Source: the human T2T-CHM13v2.0 reference genome, Homo sapiens
Reading direction: 5' to 3' (one strand)
DNA length: 64,000 nucleotides
NCBI RefSeq assembly: GCF_009914755.1
Contig: NC_060928.1
A model generated the notes under the pieces. It was not told the DNA's origin. It worked only from the letters and a program-made list of their open reading frames with translations, and made no database searches. The position numbers and the translations under genes are program-made. Shown here piece after piece: positions 11,008 through 24,599 of the stretch (its first letter is position 1; the number at the start of each line of letters is the position of its first letter).

Positions 11008-13427
11008 GGGTTGTTTCTTCAAGATGGCTGACTAGTGATGTTGAATGCCAGTTCTCCTCAGAAAGTAGATCAAAGTAATAGAGGATTGGCCACGGTCCAA
11101 GTGGAAAACCGAGGGAAGAGAGCAATGATCTGTCAGAGAGCCCATGTGAAGAAGCTGGGATGCAGAAAAGCAAAGGGTAGGTGGAGTTGCTTCTCTGCTC
11201 CCCTCATCCCTGGGACAATCTGCTGACTGCTAAATTGCTGGAGAGTTTTCTTCACCCTCACAACCTGGCTATGATGGTGGCAATTTGGAGACTTCCCAGA
11301 GACAGAGAACCAGGTTGCCACCTCATGCAGGGGAACCCACATTCCCTCAGGCCTTAACTGAGATAGAGGGCAACATACTGTTTTTATACCTACTGTGGGC
11401 TACTGCCCTATCTGGAGAACCTCAGCTGTTCGGTCACCACATCACGAGGTCCCCTGCAAATATAGTCCACGACTCAATCTGACTTTGGAAACCACAGGGA
11501 CTGGTGTGTCCCTGGAAAGCTGCAGGATGCCTGAAGATCTAACCCTTGACATGGACTGCCCTGAAGGGAGGAGGGAACACAGCTCACCAAAGCCCCCCTT
11601 GGGACAAGGGGAGATGTGGACACAGTGGCAAATGCCAAAGGGAGTGGGACCAGTGGGCAGGAACATATATGCAGAGGGGGTTATCTCTTGCTCCCCCTAA
11701 CCACTATTTTAGAAGTAGCAGAGGCTCTCCTGCTGGTGGCCAGCATGTGTGCACTTGGAGAAAGGCTTTGGAGTTATTTTCATGGTGACTGCACCCCTGT
11801 TGAAAGTGATCGTGTGCAGTAGGTGCATCCATAAATGATGAGGATTATCTTCCCTTCTCTAAACAGACTGGCAGTGTCCTGGCAATGGAAGGCAGATACA
11901 CCACAAGGTTTTCTGCTCTGCACTGGAGAAAGAGGCTCTGCCCTGAGCCCATTTCAGTGGTAGCCACCAGAGGGGCATATCTGTAGCCTGCAGCTGCACT
12001 GTGACCTGAAATAAAAGGACAATGTCTATTTGAATTGAAGATTGCAAGCTTGCAACAGGGGCATGATAGGGAAGTGGATCACATTTCTGTCTGTGGAAGA
12101 CAAAGAGCTGATGCATGTACTTGGGCCCCATCCCCTGAGACCTTAGTGCACTCCCTCAAAATTTCCCCTGGTCAATCCCCATTAAGGTGAGTGCCTTCAC
12201 TCATTATTGGGCTATGCAAAGATGAGTTGGTTCTTATTCTTAAGCACCAAGGACAGGAATGGTGACTGAACTGCACAGTCAAATAAAAAACCTGTCTCAG
12301 AAGGGCATAACGGTAGCGTATAAGATAAGCTTCCTACACCTTTCAGCTTTTAGCCCCACAAGACATAGTATGTCAGCCCATATGTTCAATATATTGCTAC
12401 AACAAGCAGCATTAGAGCAAGTCACCACACAAAAGCTATACACAACCATGGAACCCATATCAAGTCTAGGCCCTGAAAGCATCCAGAAACTAAGCCAAGC
12501 AATCATATGCAACATACACCCCACTCATATTCTCAAGAGGAAAAAATAACAAAAAAAAAAGTCCCATCCAAACGACAGCAAATTCAGAAATAAGAAGTAA
12601 TAACACCTTCAGATGGGAAGAAATCAGTGCAAAAACTCTTACAGTAAAAAAATACAAATAAAAAGAAAGAAAAAGATGATTTGACACCTCCCACAGATCA
12701 AACTAGTTTTCTAGCAATGGATCCTAATTGAAATAAAAATTCTGAAATGACAGATTAAGAATTCAAAATACAGATTGCAAGAAAGCTCAGTGAGATCCAA
12801 GAGAAAGTAGAAAATCAACACAAACCAGAAAAATAATTAAGGATATCAAAGATAAGATAGCTATATTTTTTAAAAAAGAGCTTCTGGAATCAAAGTACTT
12901 ACTAAAGTAGTTTCAAAACACAATTTGAAATAATAATCCGAGCAGAACAAGGAATTTCAGAGCTTGAAGATCAGTCTTTTGAATTTACCCAGTCAGACAA
13001 AAATAAAGAAAAGAGACTTTTAAAGAATGAACAAGGCATTTACGAAATATTAGATTATTTAAGGCAACCAAACTACATCTTATAGGAATTCCTGAGAAAG
13101 AAGAAGAAAAAGTAAACAACTTGGAAACATACTGGAGGGAATAAATTAGAGAAATTTTGCTGATCTTGAGAGAGAGGTAGACATCCAGATACAAGAAATT
13201 TAGAGAGACAGCACCTACAAGACACTATAAAAGATGAACATCAACAAGCCATATAGTCATCAGACTATCCAAGGTCAAGGCTAAAGGAAAAAATCTTAAA
13301 GGCAGCTAGATAAAAGAGCTGAATCACCTATAAAGGTGATAATCCCATCAGACTAACAGTGGACTTCTCAGTAGAAACCTTACGATCCAGAAGAGGCTGG
13401 GGGTCTATTCTCATACTTCTTAAGAAA
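11008..13427 (+). mobile_element. L1PB-type 5'UTR and most of ORF1, ending abruptly
   Basis: Starts with the YY1-type caagatggctgactag and a GC-richer 5'UTR. ORF1 text from about 12680 (gaattcaaaata..agacatccagatacaagaa..cccatcagactaacagtggacttctcag). Stops at ttcttaagaaaa, before the ORF1 C-terminus. Confidence 0.88.
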
Positions 13428-13704
13428 AACTAACACAGGAACAGAAAACCAAACACTGCATGTTCTCACTCATTAGTGGGAGTTGAACAATGAGAACACA
13501 TTGTCACAGGGAGAGGAACATCACACACTGGGGCCTGTTGGGGGCTGGGGTGCTGGGAGAGGGATAGCATTAGGAGAAATATCTAATGTAAATGATGAGT
13601 TGATGGGTGCAGCAAATCACCGTGGCACATGTATACCTATGTAACAAACCTGTACATTGTGCACATGTACCTTTGAACTTAGAGTTTAATAATAAAAAAA
13701 AAAA
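13427..13704 (+). mobile_element. L1PA (about L1PA7) 3' end, heavily 5'-truncated, no TSD seen
   Basis: actaacacaggaacagaaaaccaaacactgcatgttctcactc..taggagaaatatctaatgtaaatgatgagttgatgggtgcagcaaa..aataaaaaaaaaaa. Confidence 0.93.
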
Positions 13705-13799
13705 TTGTGTCCAATTTTATATTATTAAATAATTTTGGATAAATGATGACTATATGTAACATACATGCAAGTGGCTCCTCCACTATCCCAACCTCTTAT

Positions 13800-15020
13800 G
13801 TCCCCCACCCCAGCTGGAAGAGAACAAATATATTGATGTTTGTGTTTGTTGCTTTCTTTCTATCTGTTGAAATTCTCTTAATGATATATTTAGTTTTGCT
13901 TGTGCTTTAGCTTCACAAAAATATCATACTATATATGTAGTTTTTACAATTCACATTTTCTTTTCAAAAGTATGCCTAAGATTCATCCATTTTATTGCAT
14001 GTAAGTCTAATTCATTCACTTTCATTGCTATGTGACGTTCAGCTTTGTGAATATATTACAGCTTATCATGGATACTGGTGCTGCTTTCAGTATTTTTTTC
14101 TGCAGTGAACAATGATACTGAGAGGATTTCTTTTGCTTTGTATTTGTCTTTCAAAATATATTTGCAGGAATTTCTCCAGCATGTGTATTGAGGAGTTGAA
14201 CTGATGAGTCACAGGGTATGTGAATGTTCATGCACGAGATAACATTAAATTGTTATTCCAAAGTGGTTGTATCATTTTACATTCCCATATCAGTGTAAAA
14301 GAGATCCTATTGACCTACAAACTCTAAAGCTCAGGATTGCCAAAGTAATTTTTTACTTTGTAATACATATAAATTATTTTGGTAGTACATATAAAACATT
14401 TCAATAGTAATTTACATTTCCCTGATTATTAAAATTGAAAACCTTTTCACATATTTATCATGTTGTCTTTTCCTTTTGTGGAATATCTATTCATGTCTTT
14501 TGCTTATCTTTCAATTGAATGTCTGTGTCTCCTTTCGAACTTATTTCAACAATTTCTTTATATATTCTGGTTTATGACTCTTCAGCTAGTTATATGTGTT
14601 AAAAATATTTGGCCTCATTTTGTAGCTTATTATTTTATTATCTTTTTTGTTGGACAGGTATATCTTTTATTAAATAGAATTTGTTAATTTTAATATAAGT
14701 GAATTTATTAAAAATGTTAATGATCAGTGATTGTTGTGTTCCCCTAGAAAATCCTTTCTTGTGCAGAGTAAATAACAAAAAGATTTCTTTCTTATATTTT
14801 AACATGGTTAAAGTTTTGCCTTTCATATTTAAGCCTTTAATCTATCTGGAACTAATTTTTATATTTGTTGTGATGTTGAGATTTAATTACTTTTTTTTTC
14901 CTTCTGGTTAACTATTCCTCTCAGCACAGTGTATTGAATATTCTCTCCTCACTCTACAGTGTATCTTTAATCATATACTATATTCATATATATGTGGACC
15001 TTTTCCTGGGTTTCTTCTTG
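13800..15020 (-). mobile_element. Old L1ME-type fragment
   Basis: Degenerate antisense L1 3' motifs (aagattcatccat, ttccaaagtggttgtatcattttacattccc, tatctggaactaatttt). Confidence 0.7.
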
Positions 15021-16996
15021 GTCAAGAAAGTACTTCTGATCTGTTTAAGACTTGACTTTGTAGTCTTCACTTGAGCACAGTATTGCCTGTCTTATTCCAC
15101 TTTCCTGTCTACATTGTCCAAAGCTTAACTTAGTAAGAATACTGGAATTTTCAATAATGTTTTTTAATAAAGAGAAAAAAAACCTCCTCATCTTGACTAT
15201 TTTTCTTCTGCTATATTATTTTTGTTTCTATGTGCTTTTGTACATTTTCCTACAAATGTTGAAAATTCACAAAGTACACTTTTCTCTTATGAAAACATGC
15301 TTCAGTAACACCTGCAAAAACTAATGCCAAAACAAAAACAGATACTGTGCTCTTTGCTTAGCACTGCTGATGAATGCCTCATGCTTCTTAAATAGGAGCA
15401 CTTGTAGACCTCTCTTTGGATTTAGGCAAAAAAAGAACTTATTTTGTACGTTATGTTTCCTAGGAGAGTCCCAATTATTAAGCAATTCTTAATTATATGA
15501 TGGTTTTTTATCTCCTAACATAAATATTTCTCTGGATGTGGCAGCTGGAATATAAAGTAAGTTGTGGGAATTTAATTGGTTTTGGAAAATATTGGTACAG
15601 ATTAACTATTGACTAATAAGGACCTCCCAGCTTAAATATTGACTAACAGAACCTCTAGTCTCTGACAATATTTTGAGGTTGTAGTTTTACTAAGGAATGT
15701 GGTCTGGTAAAGATTTTTTTTATTTAGACAATTGTCTATTGTTCACCTTCCTAACTTCTTTTCAATGCTTCTTTGAAAACATAGAAAATAGCACTGTAAG
15801 TATCTAACATAAATAAAGCATTTATAAGCAAACATTGGATCTAGATATTCAAGTGTGAACAGGTTGAAGAATGTGTTTTGGTTGGCATGATCCTTAGTTC
15901 TCCGGGACTTTGTAACTTTATGAGTGCTTACTAATATTTCTCTACTTCTAAATAAGCTAGGGAAGGTTTCTTGGACAAGACTTAGCATGATTCAAGCTAT
16001 GAGTGCATAAAGAACATTTGAAACCAAAGGACCACAAATTAGATTTTATGTGAAGAGATCTACACACTAAAATGACTGTACCTTCTCTTGCTTTTGCTGT
16101 GCCATTCCTTTCCTGTCATTGGAGTTCAAGATAGATCTCTAGAGCGTCCTGATTTAACTTACCCACCACATTATACTGTTTACCCAGCTATTCATCTCAA
16201 CTTACTTTTGAAATTGCGTTCCATAATTGAAATGTTATTTGACTATATAATTACCAAGTGTCTAGTGTCAGGAGTTTCATAAATTATGCAACATGTGTTC
16301 CCTAGCTGCATTATTCTATAATCTGTGGGTTTTCCAGTTCTTTTATGTTGAATGTCATGTCATAACTCATATACATATATAACTCTGACGTGTTGGTTTT
16401 ACCAACCACTCAGTGCATTAAAAAAATAATAATAAAAGGCTTTGTTTCTGCTACAATAATATTTTTAAATCTGATAAATAGATTACTTCTTGAATAAATT
16501 CAAAATTAAAAATCTGTAAAGGAGAATTTCACTAAGATAAGGAAAGGGCTAAATATTGCTAAGAGTCAGAAGTAAATTTAATTAAAATGAAGAACTAGAC
16601 TTGTAAATAATGAAAAATTTGCCAACCTTCCAGCCACACTTAGTAAACAACTCTTGATTCATCCACTTATTATGAATTTTTACACAATCATCATGAACTT
16701 TTGAAAATTATGTAATTTATGACACTGCCACTAAAATCTATGTTTAAAGAAATCATAAAATAACATTTAAACAAGTAATATAAGTTAAATAAAAAATTGA
16801 TACACAACTATGTGCATGTGTATAGACAGATTTAAATTATGTAGAGAAAAACATACTGTATATAGAAAAATAACTGAAAGAAAATAACAAAAGTTATCAG
16901 GAGTTCTCATGGTTGATGTATCTATATTTATTATTTTTATTTTCTAAATTTTCTTTAATATATAATATAGATAATATAACATATGCTGTAATATAT

Positions 16997-17288
16997 TATT
17001 TTTTTTTGAGGCAGTGTCTCACTCTGTTGCCCATGCTGGAGTGCAGTGGTACTATCAGGGCTCACTGCAGCTTTGATCTACCACGCTCAAGTGACCCTCC
17101 TATCTCAGCTTCCTAAGTAGCTGGGTCTACAGGTGTATGCCACAATACCAGACTAATTTAAAAAATTTTTTTGTAGATGGGCTCTCTCTATGTTGCCCAG
17201 ACTGGTCTCACACTCCTGGGCTCAAGTGATCCTCCCATCTGGGCCTCACAAAGTGCTGCGATCAAAGGAAGGAGCCACCACATCTGGC
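16997..17288 (-). mobile_element. AluJ
   Basis: Full dimer with J-type positions (ctcactgcagc, gttgcccagactgg, cctgggctcaagtgatcc). TSD CTGTAATATAT at 16986-16996 and 17290-17300. Confidence 0.93.
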
Positions 17289-17742
17289 TCTGTAATATAT
17301 ATTACAGTATTTATAATATGTATATATTAGTACATGTATATATTTATATTTATATAGTCAAATAAAAAATCTATTCATTGTGACAAATTATTTCTAAATT
17401 ACCTAATGTGACTTTTCATTATTATTATTCAAAATGATAGTACCTCATTAAATGTGAATGAAAATTATTATTGAACAAAAGTAATTTAGATAACATAGGG
17501 CTGCACAAAAGATAATTTGATGAGTGTGGAATAAGGTAAAAAAAGGTATTGATAATTATACAATATTAATTTGGTCTTGGTTTAAAAAGTCTGGAAATGT
17601 TAAAAAATACCAAAAAATACATTGAAATAAATAATTTTATTGTCAACATAATGCATTAAACTGAATAATACTGAAAATGTGGAATCAAGGCTGAAATGAT
17701 TTAGGTAAATTGAGTAAATAATTCTGAAATTTTTAAAACACG

Positions 17743-17807
17743 CAAAATACAAATATACAAAAATACAAATATACAAATACAAAATACAAATATACAAAAT
17801 ACAAAAA
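17743..17807. repeat. (AAATAC/AAATATAC)n simple repeat
   Basis: Read directly. Confidence 0.9.
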
Positions 17808-18239
17808 TTCCCAAAAGATAAAAGTCATCCATTATATAGAAAATGTTATATGTTTTACCAAAATAAATTTTTCAAATAGTTCCTTAGGTGAATTAAGCAT
17901 TAAGCAGATTTGTGTTTGATTAGATAGATTTACTTGTATTGATCTAGAGCCCAATTTGAGCCAGATGTTAAAGGGCTGACTGGGTTTTAAATAGGATGTT
18001 AGTGAAGAGAAAATTCAACAAAAAAAGAGAGCATAGTGTATGTTCAAGGAGTGGGGCACTGCTAACAGGCTGAAGGATCTATTATGTGTGGATCAGTTAG
18101 TGGGAGGAAATGCATGTAGAATCCAAAGGGTTAGGAGCTGGAAATACCACTGTATAAATCTCCAAAGTGAATTTTTCTCCATGGATGTAAAGGGTACAAT
18201 ATTTATCTATTTACACCATTTGGATCATACAATTCCTTG

Positions 18240-18360
18240 GGTATGATAGGCATTTATTATTGAGCACTTTAATGGGATACTAGACATTCTACACTGTGAA
18301 CAGTGAGCAAAAACAGAAGAAAAAGGTGCCTTTGTAAAGACTTCATGTGCTATAGTAAAT
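18240..18360 (-). mobile_element. L2 3' fragment
   Basis: tattgagcactt..tactagacattcta..cagtgagcaaaaacaga resembles the antisense L2 tail. Confidence 0.5.
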
Positions 18361-20353
18361 GTAATTTCAATCATAGTGAAAATTTTGGGGGAAGCGAAAT
18401 GAAGGGAAAGTAGGATTGAATTTATAAGGTATACCAAGGAGTAGAATAAAGAGGAAGCCCTTTATTATTTTATGATCAGCTGATGGACTAAAATAAATAT
18501 TGATAAATAGATATATAACCTTATACACTTGATTCTGAATGTCACTGATGTCACTGACTGGTTAAGTAAGATTCTTTGGGTAATCTGTGTTTCTCAAAAT
18601 AACATAGACCCACGGAAATAACTTGAAAGATAGTTGTAATAATAAATTGCAAAGTATATTTTTATTGTGGGAAGAGGGATGAACTTCTCAGTGTTTCCTA
18701 AATCATCTTTTTTAGGTTTAGCTATAAAATTGACCATCAGAGGCAATTATTTTAGGGGAAACACACTAGTCAACATTAGTTATTTCCAGATTAAATTAGG
18801 CTTTAACTCATTAGAAAATATGGCGTGTTGCCTCTCCTCTTCTTCTCCCTGGGTTAATGCAGCTCAGTGTGAAGAATGTCCATTTCTGAGTCTGGTTACT
18901 GCTGTGGCTGGCCCCATGGGAGTTTCATCATCCTATCATTGCAACATAAATACATTTTGTGATTTCAGGTGGAAAGAGGATTCAAAAATATAAATTAAAT
19001 TCAGTTTTAGAAAATATAAAAATAATTATTTTTTTACACATATGGTTTTATGGAGACAAATTCATCTTCACCTTACTACTATAATATTAAGGGAGATGGA
19101 AGACTTTGCTAAAAATCAGTACATAGTAGCAGTAATAGTGCTAATAAAATAGTAGAAATGGATTTCCATGTATTTCAAAAGAAGAAAGTTATTGAGAGAT
19201 TTTGCAGGAAAGATGTGAATTAGAAGGACTCGGTTCTTTGGAGATAATCATTTCACACTTTTAAGAGTTAATTAAGGTTGCAATGCCTCAAAGTGACTAT
19301 TAGGTGTTCAAAGTTGTAAGGGTAAGACACACTGAGTTTACATACAGTAACAGATGATATTTTAAGGACACATGGGAAAGGAAGACAAGAACCTCAACTT
19401 GCACATAGCCAGGCTTAGAGCATACCTCAACCAGACATGCTGTGCTCAGCCCCAGTGAGGCTGGGACTGATTTCACTTGCTTACCATCTGGTTGCTGTCA
19501 CACAGCTACAATGTGATGTCCCTTGTGTGATCCCTAGACATTATTATATAATCTTTGGACAGTGTATCAAGAGGCCATGGGTGATGTAGTAGGAATCTGA
19601 ACCCAAAACCAAGAATCTAGGTAAAGTGACTTTCTAAGGACAATATTTGCTATTTATGCATAAATATGCTAAAATATACACTAACTCCATTTGAACAAAT
19701 GATATCTTTTCCTTTGGAAATGTGAAGGCCAAATACACACAGAGAGGTAGTCTTCTGTGGGGGATAAAGGCAGTTAGCAGAAATAATGAATTCTAGCCAC
19801 AGCATTTATCTCTCTCATTTTGCTACAATATCTGTAGGACAGCTATAGTCTTCAAATGCAGTATTCAAATGTTCACTCCATTTTCCACTATAGTGCTCCT
19901 CAGCTAACTTCCAACCTCTCTGGTAGAGAATATTCAGCAGCTTTCAAGTAACTTTTAGGCCTCAAGGCCCAGAAGACTTGAGGTGCGGACATTAGGTGCT
20001 CTCTGATCAAGGCACTGTACTTTGCCATTGTTGTTCTGTTACCATATGACTGTGATAGAAGGCATTTCTGTTTAGAATGCTGGGCCTCAGGATTCTGGAC
20101 AGGAAATAGGGATTCGTTGCTTATATTTCAAATCAGCAAACTTAGCTGAGAATTAAGGTGGTTCTAGGTCAGCCCCAACTTCCACCTCCATCCCAGAAAC
20201 TCAGCCAAGAACAGTGGAAGAATTCATAGGTACTCCCACCAATATTGAAATATCCTTCATCTCCTTTCACTCTATCCCTTCTCCAATCTTAGAGAGTTTT
20301 TCATACATGTGTGCTTGACTGAAAAGGGGATGGTTACTATCTGCCTATTGATG

Positions 20354-20464
20354 TCTTCTAAATCTTTCCATCTTACATATGGTGGTGATACTTTATGATA
20401 CTTTACGGTACTTTAAGATCTTCTAAATCTTTCCATCTTACATCTGGTGGTGATACTTTATGAT
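20354..20464. repeat. 46-bp direct duplication with a 19-bp spacer
   Basis: 20354-20399 vs 20419-20464, one mismatch. Confidence 0.95.
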
Positions 20465-23400
20465 TTAACACCCATTTGAGGGCACAGTGACCTCATGTCT
20501 TTCAGCCCAAATGGGGAGTAACAAAAGTCTTCCCCAGGTTCTCTATCCATGTCTCTGCCTTTTTTCTTATTTTTCTTTCATGTCTTGTCTTCCCTACCAT
20601 TCGTACCCTCTGCTGTCAAAGTCTGATGCTGACTGTGGTCAGGCCACTTATTTATCCTAAAAGCTTATCAATTTATCAATTTCCACAGAATAATGCTTAA
20701 TCTCATAGTTAAAAAATCCAAATTCCTAAGTGATCTGACCCCAATTTGCCTTCCCAATTCTATTTTTCACCACTCTATTTAATTTCTATTCTCCTGGCAA
20801 AAGAGAATTTCTTAATGTTTTTCATACGTTATTTTTGCTTCAATGTCCTGTTAAATGCCAGAAATGTTTTATGCTATCATTTTCAAATGCTCAAATTCTA
20901 GTAAATTTTCAGGGTTCATTAAATTTCTCCCTCAATTGCCAACACACATGCGCATGTGTGCACGCGCACACACACACACCCACACTCTGTTGTCCAAACT
21001 ACCATAAATCTTTCCTTATTCCCTTAAGCACTTATAATTTATCTTATGTTGTAGTAATTTAAGCTGAAGTGGGTAGTCCCACTAGATTAAGTTTTCATTT
21101 TCTTAAGTTCAAACAAGTTTCTCACTGATTATGTATCCCCAGAAAAAAATATATAATGATGTATAAAGTATAAGATAGGCAACACATTTGTGATCAAAAT
21201 GATTAATTTTAGATTTGAATTCTTACCTAAATAGATTTTTTTTATTGAACCACAAGGAGAAAAATTTGATTTTGAAGAGGCTTTATTTTACTTCAGCCAG
21301 CTGTATCATTATGTATGTGCACACGCAAAGGGACACACACACCATTGCAGAGCATGTGGATGATGGATTTTGCTTTAAATAATATCAAGCTAGGCAACTA
21401 TGTTCTAGTTTTTGGAAATTTTAGGCAATAATAGGAAGAAATAAAAGACTATTTTGTATTTTCAGTTGTTAATTTGCTTTGGCTTTTAGGAGAAAGGAGA
21501 CAATTTCAATTTAATGTCTTCATTAATCAACTTTCAGTTCAGCCTCATCATGTGCTGCATTTGTTTAAATTTATTGCCCAGCAAGCTAGCAATTTCAAGA
21601 GTGTTTAGCATTGTCAGTCAGTCCACTAGTGTGATATGAAAGAAGCAATGAATGTCACTTTTAGGGCATCTCCTTTCCTGTACAGTTTCAGTTTATTAAT
21701 CCCATTTGCTTCACTCATGAAATTGTAATGAACCATATTTTCACACTCTTTATCAACTAAAAATGGCCCATAGAGCTTTTTTAAGAACCTTCATTTAGAA
21801 AGGTGAAAATGAAAGTTAACATTATGTATTTTAAGCCTTTAAATCTGTAATATGAACTTTATGAAGTTAAAGGATGATTTTCAGTTAAAAGAAAGAAGGT
21901 CCTGGAATAAAAAAGGAATAATGTCAACAAAAGAGGGAGTGATCAGATTGAGTCATGAGGGAAATAAGGAAAGGGGAAAACAATAGAATTGGTTTGGGGT
22001 TAGTCAATAAAATAACTGAACAGATGATACAATCAAGACTTCTAGATAGTGAAAGAAAGAAAGAAGATCAGTGAATAAAGTCAACAGAAAGACAACCAGT
22101 GGAGAAAAAAAGAAAAACACAATATTTCATGGGCTTTATAAAGACCCAGAAAAAAATATCAGAGGTTTAGAACTGAGAATTTAGTTTTTTACTTTTGTTT
22201 TTTAAAAGAAGCATTGAAGTTATCGTTCACCTCAGTCACCTCGAAATTTAATTATATCACCAAGGAAGTGAGTACTATAACACATGCAGTAATGGACCTA
22301 AGATTCTTTAAAAGATCTTTTCACCAGACATAAGCCCTAAAAAATTTCTGTCATACAAGAGTAAGAAAAACAGAAGCCAAAGTAACCCTAAAAACTAAGC
22401 ATCTGTTTAAAGAGTTTTAAAAAACATTTTGTTGTTGTTTTGTAAATTGTTTACTCCACAGTAGTCTATCATATTTAAATTCAAAATAGAGAAATAATGT
22501 ATTAAGGACTATTCATGATGCCTAATAATAATTAGTTTCCTTTACTATTTACTTTGAAAGACCTACTGAATTTTTCTCTCTATTGTTTCTTTTCATGGAA
22601 AGATGACTAGGAAGGTCATTTTACCATATTGAACAGATGGATGAAATAATTGAGTAATATTGAATGCTGTACTTACTGGCTAATCTAGCAAAATGGATTT
22701 AATATTTCTATAGGGCTAAGGGGCATCATATTATTTCATTACTTTTGTTTCTGGAAACTAGAGTTTAAGTATTTAAAACAAGTCAAAGTAGGCATTGAAA
22801 AAAGTATTGAAAAGCTGTGAGGCATGTTCCCTGTTCTGCAAGGCTTTCAATTAAGAGCTCTTTTATTTCTTGGGATCTAATATACCCAATTTCATTTTGT
22901 GTCATCAAATCACGTTCCAATGATTTTAGTATGATTATGGCATATTGGATTTAGAAATGTAAACTAGATGAACTGAGAAGAAAGTATGCTACTGAAAATA
23001 AATTATTACAAAGAATCCATGTAACTGCTCTGGGTTGCAATTTCCCAGGACAATTATTTCTTTTTGGCCAAAAATTTTTAAAAAAATAAACAGGAAATTT
23101 TTTGACCACTCATGTCTTTTCTTTAGTCAAAAGTCTCCTGTGAAAGTAAGGCTTGTCTTGCAAAGTTATTCCTGAAGCAAATTGACTCAGAGGGCAGCAT
23201 GACTTATGGTACTGTTACTTTGTATAAACAGTTCTGTCTTATGAGTAATGCTGGGTGAGGTCATGATTTTTAAGCACTTATGGTTTTTGTTGAATCCAAT
23301 GAGTTTGACAAAAAATACTTCAGGAAGAAGTCAAATTAACATGCTACATTCAAAGGGCTTTACACTTCTTACATATTTACTAATATTGATGATTTTCACA

Positions 23401-23604
23401 CTATGAATTTTCAAGAAACTTAGGAAATCTCTCAGGTAACAGGCATGGTGGCAGCATTCAGTAATATAGATGAGGGTTCAAGAATTGTGTGATTTTGGTT
23501 TAGTCATTTCCTCCAGAAGTCAGTTTCTTGTATTATAAAATGAGGAAATTCAGGCCTATACATCTAAAATTCAAGTTGTTTTATCTATGCATACAAGTTT
23601 TAAG

Positions 23605-24570
23605 GCAATTTTAATAAACTTTTAATTTTAGAATAAATGTAGATTTACAGAAAAATTGTGAAGATAGTATATCTTGTTACTCCTGCTGTTCATATCTTAC
23701 ATTTGGTATATTTGTCATAACTAATGAAATAATTGATACATTGTTATTAACTGAAATCCATACTTTAATTAGATTTCCTTTATTTTTACCTAATGGTCTT
23801 TTTATATTCCAGAATTCCATCCAGGATATCATATTACATTTAGTTGTCATATCTCCTTGGGCTCTCTTGGCTGTTACAATTTCTCAGACTTCTTTGTTTA
23901 TTATTTTTTTTTAATTTTTAAACTTTTAATTTTTTAAAAAAAATTATGGATACATAGTAGGTGCGTACATTTTGCAGAACTGTTTACAATAGCTAAGATT
24001 TGGAAACAACCTAAGTGTCCATCAATAGATGAGTGAATAAATAAAACGTGGTACATTTACACAATGGAGTATTCAGTCATTAAAAAAAAATAAGATCCAG
24101 TCATTTGCAGCAATATGGATGGAACTAGAGATCATTATGTTAAGTGAAATAACCCAAGCACAGAAAGACTTCCTTATTTTTGATGACTGGCAGTTTTGAG
24201 AAGTGTGGGCTAGGTATTTTGTTGAATTTTTCTCTATTGGAATTTGTCTGAGATAGTTCTTATGCCTGGTTTCAGATTATAGGTTTTTGGGAAAAGAATT
24301 TACAGAGGTCAGGTGTTATTCTTATCACATCACATCAAAGGTACATACTGTCAACATGATTTATCACTGATGATGTTGGCTTTGATGACCTGGCTGAGAT
24401 AGTGCTTTTCAGATTTCTCCACTGTAAAGTTACTCTTTTTTTCTTCCCCTTTCCTATGTTCTGCTCTTTGGAGGAAATTTTTATGTGTAGCCCATACTTT
24501 AGAAGTAGAGAGTTCTGCTCTATCTTCTTGAGGGTTCAGTATCTACAGAAATTCTTTGCAATTCTAGTGA
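23605..24570 (-). mobile_element. L1MC (L1MC4-like) 3'UTR
   Basis: ttttagaataaatgtagatttacagaaaaattgtgaagatagta..ccatccaggatatcatattacatttagttgtc..tttctccactgtaaagttact. Confidence 0.8.
23900..24165. mobile_element. Miniature L1MA1-3-like insertion with internal inversion
   Basis: Poly(T) plus antisense 3' terminus (ttatggatacatagtaggtg) to about 23971, then a sense ORF2-end segment. TSD AGACTTCTTTGTTT (23886-23899) / AGACTTCCTTATTT (24166-24179). Confidence 0.85.
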
Positions 24571-24599
24571 TTATGATTAGGTCTCGGTTTTAGCTTGTG

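Noticed and set aside
11035-12549. Cluster of 60-100 aa ORFs
   Set aside because: All within the L1PB 5'UTR, with no recognisable domains.
18667-18993. 108-aa ORF in unique sequence
   Set aside because: Non-ATG start, no recognisable domain or clear exon boundaries; length expected by chance in 64 kb.
19480-19600. Possible minus-strand exon (donor ATG|GTAAGC near 19480)
   Set aside because: No convincing acceptor or pyrimidine tract; isolated donors occur by chance.
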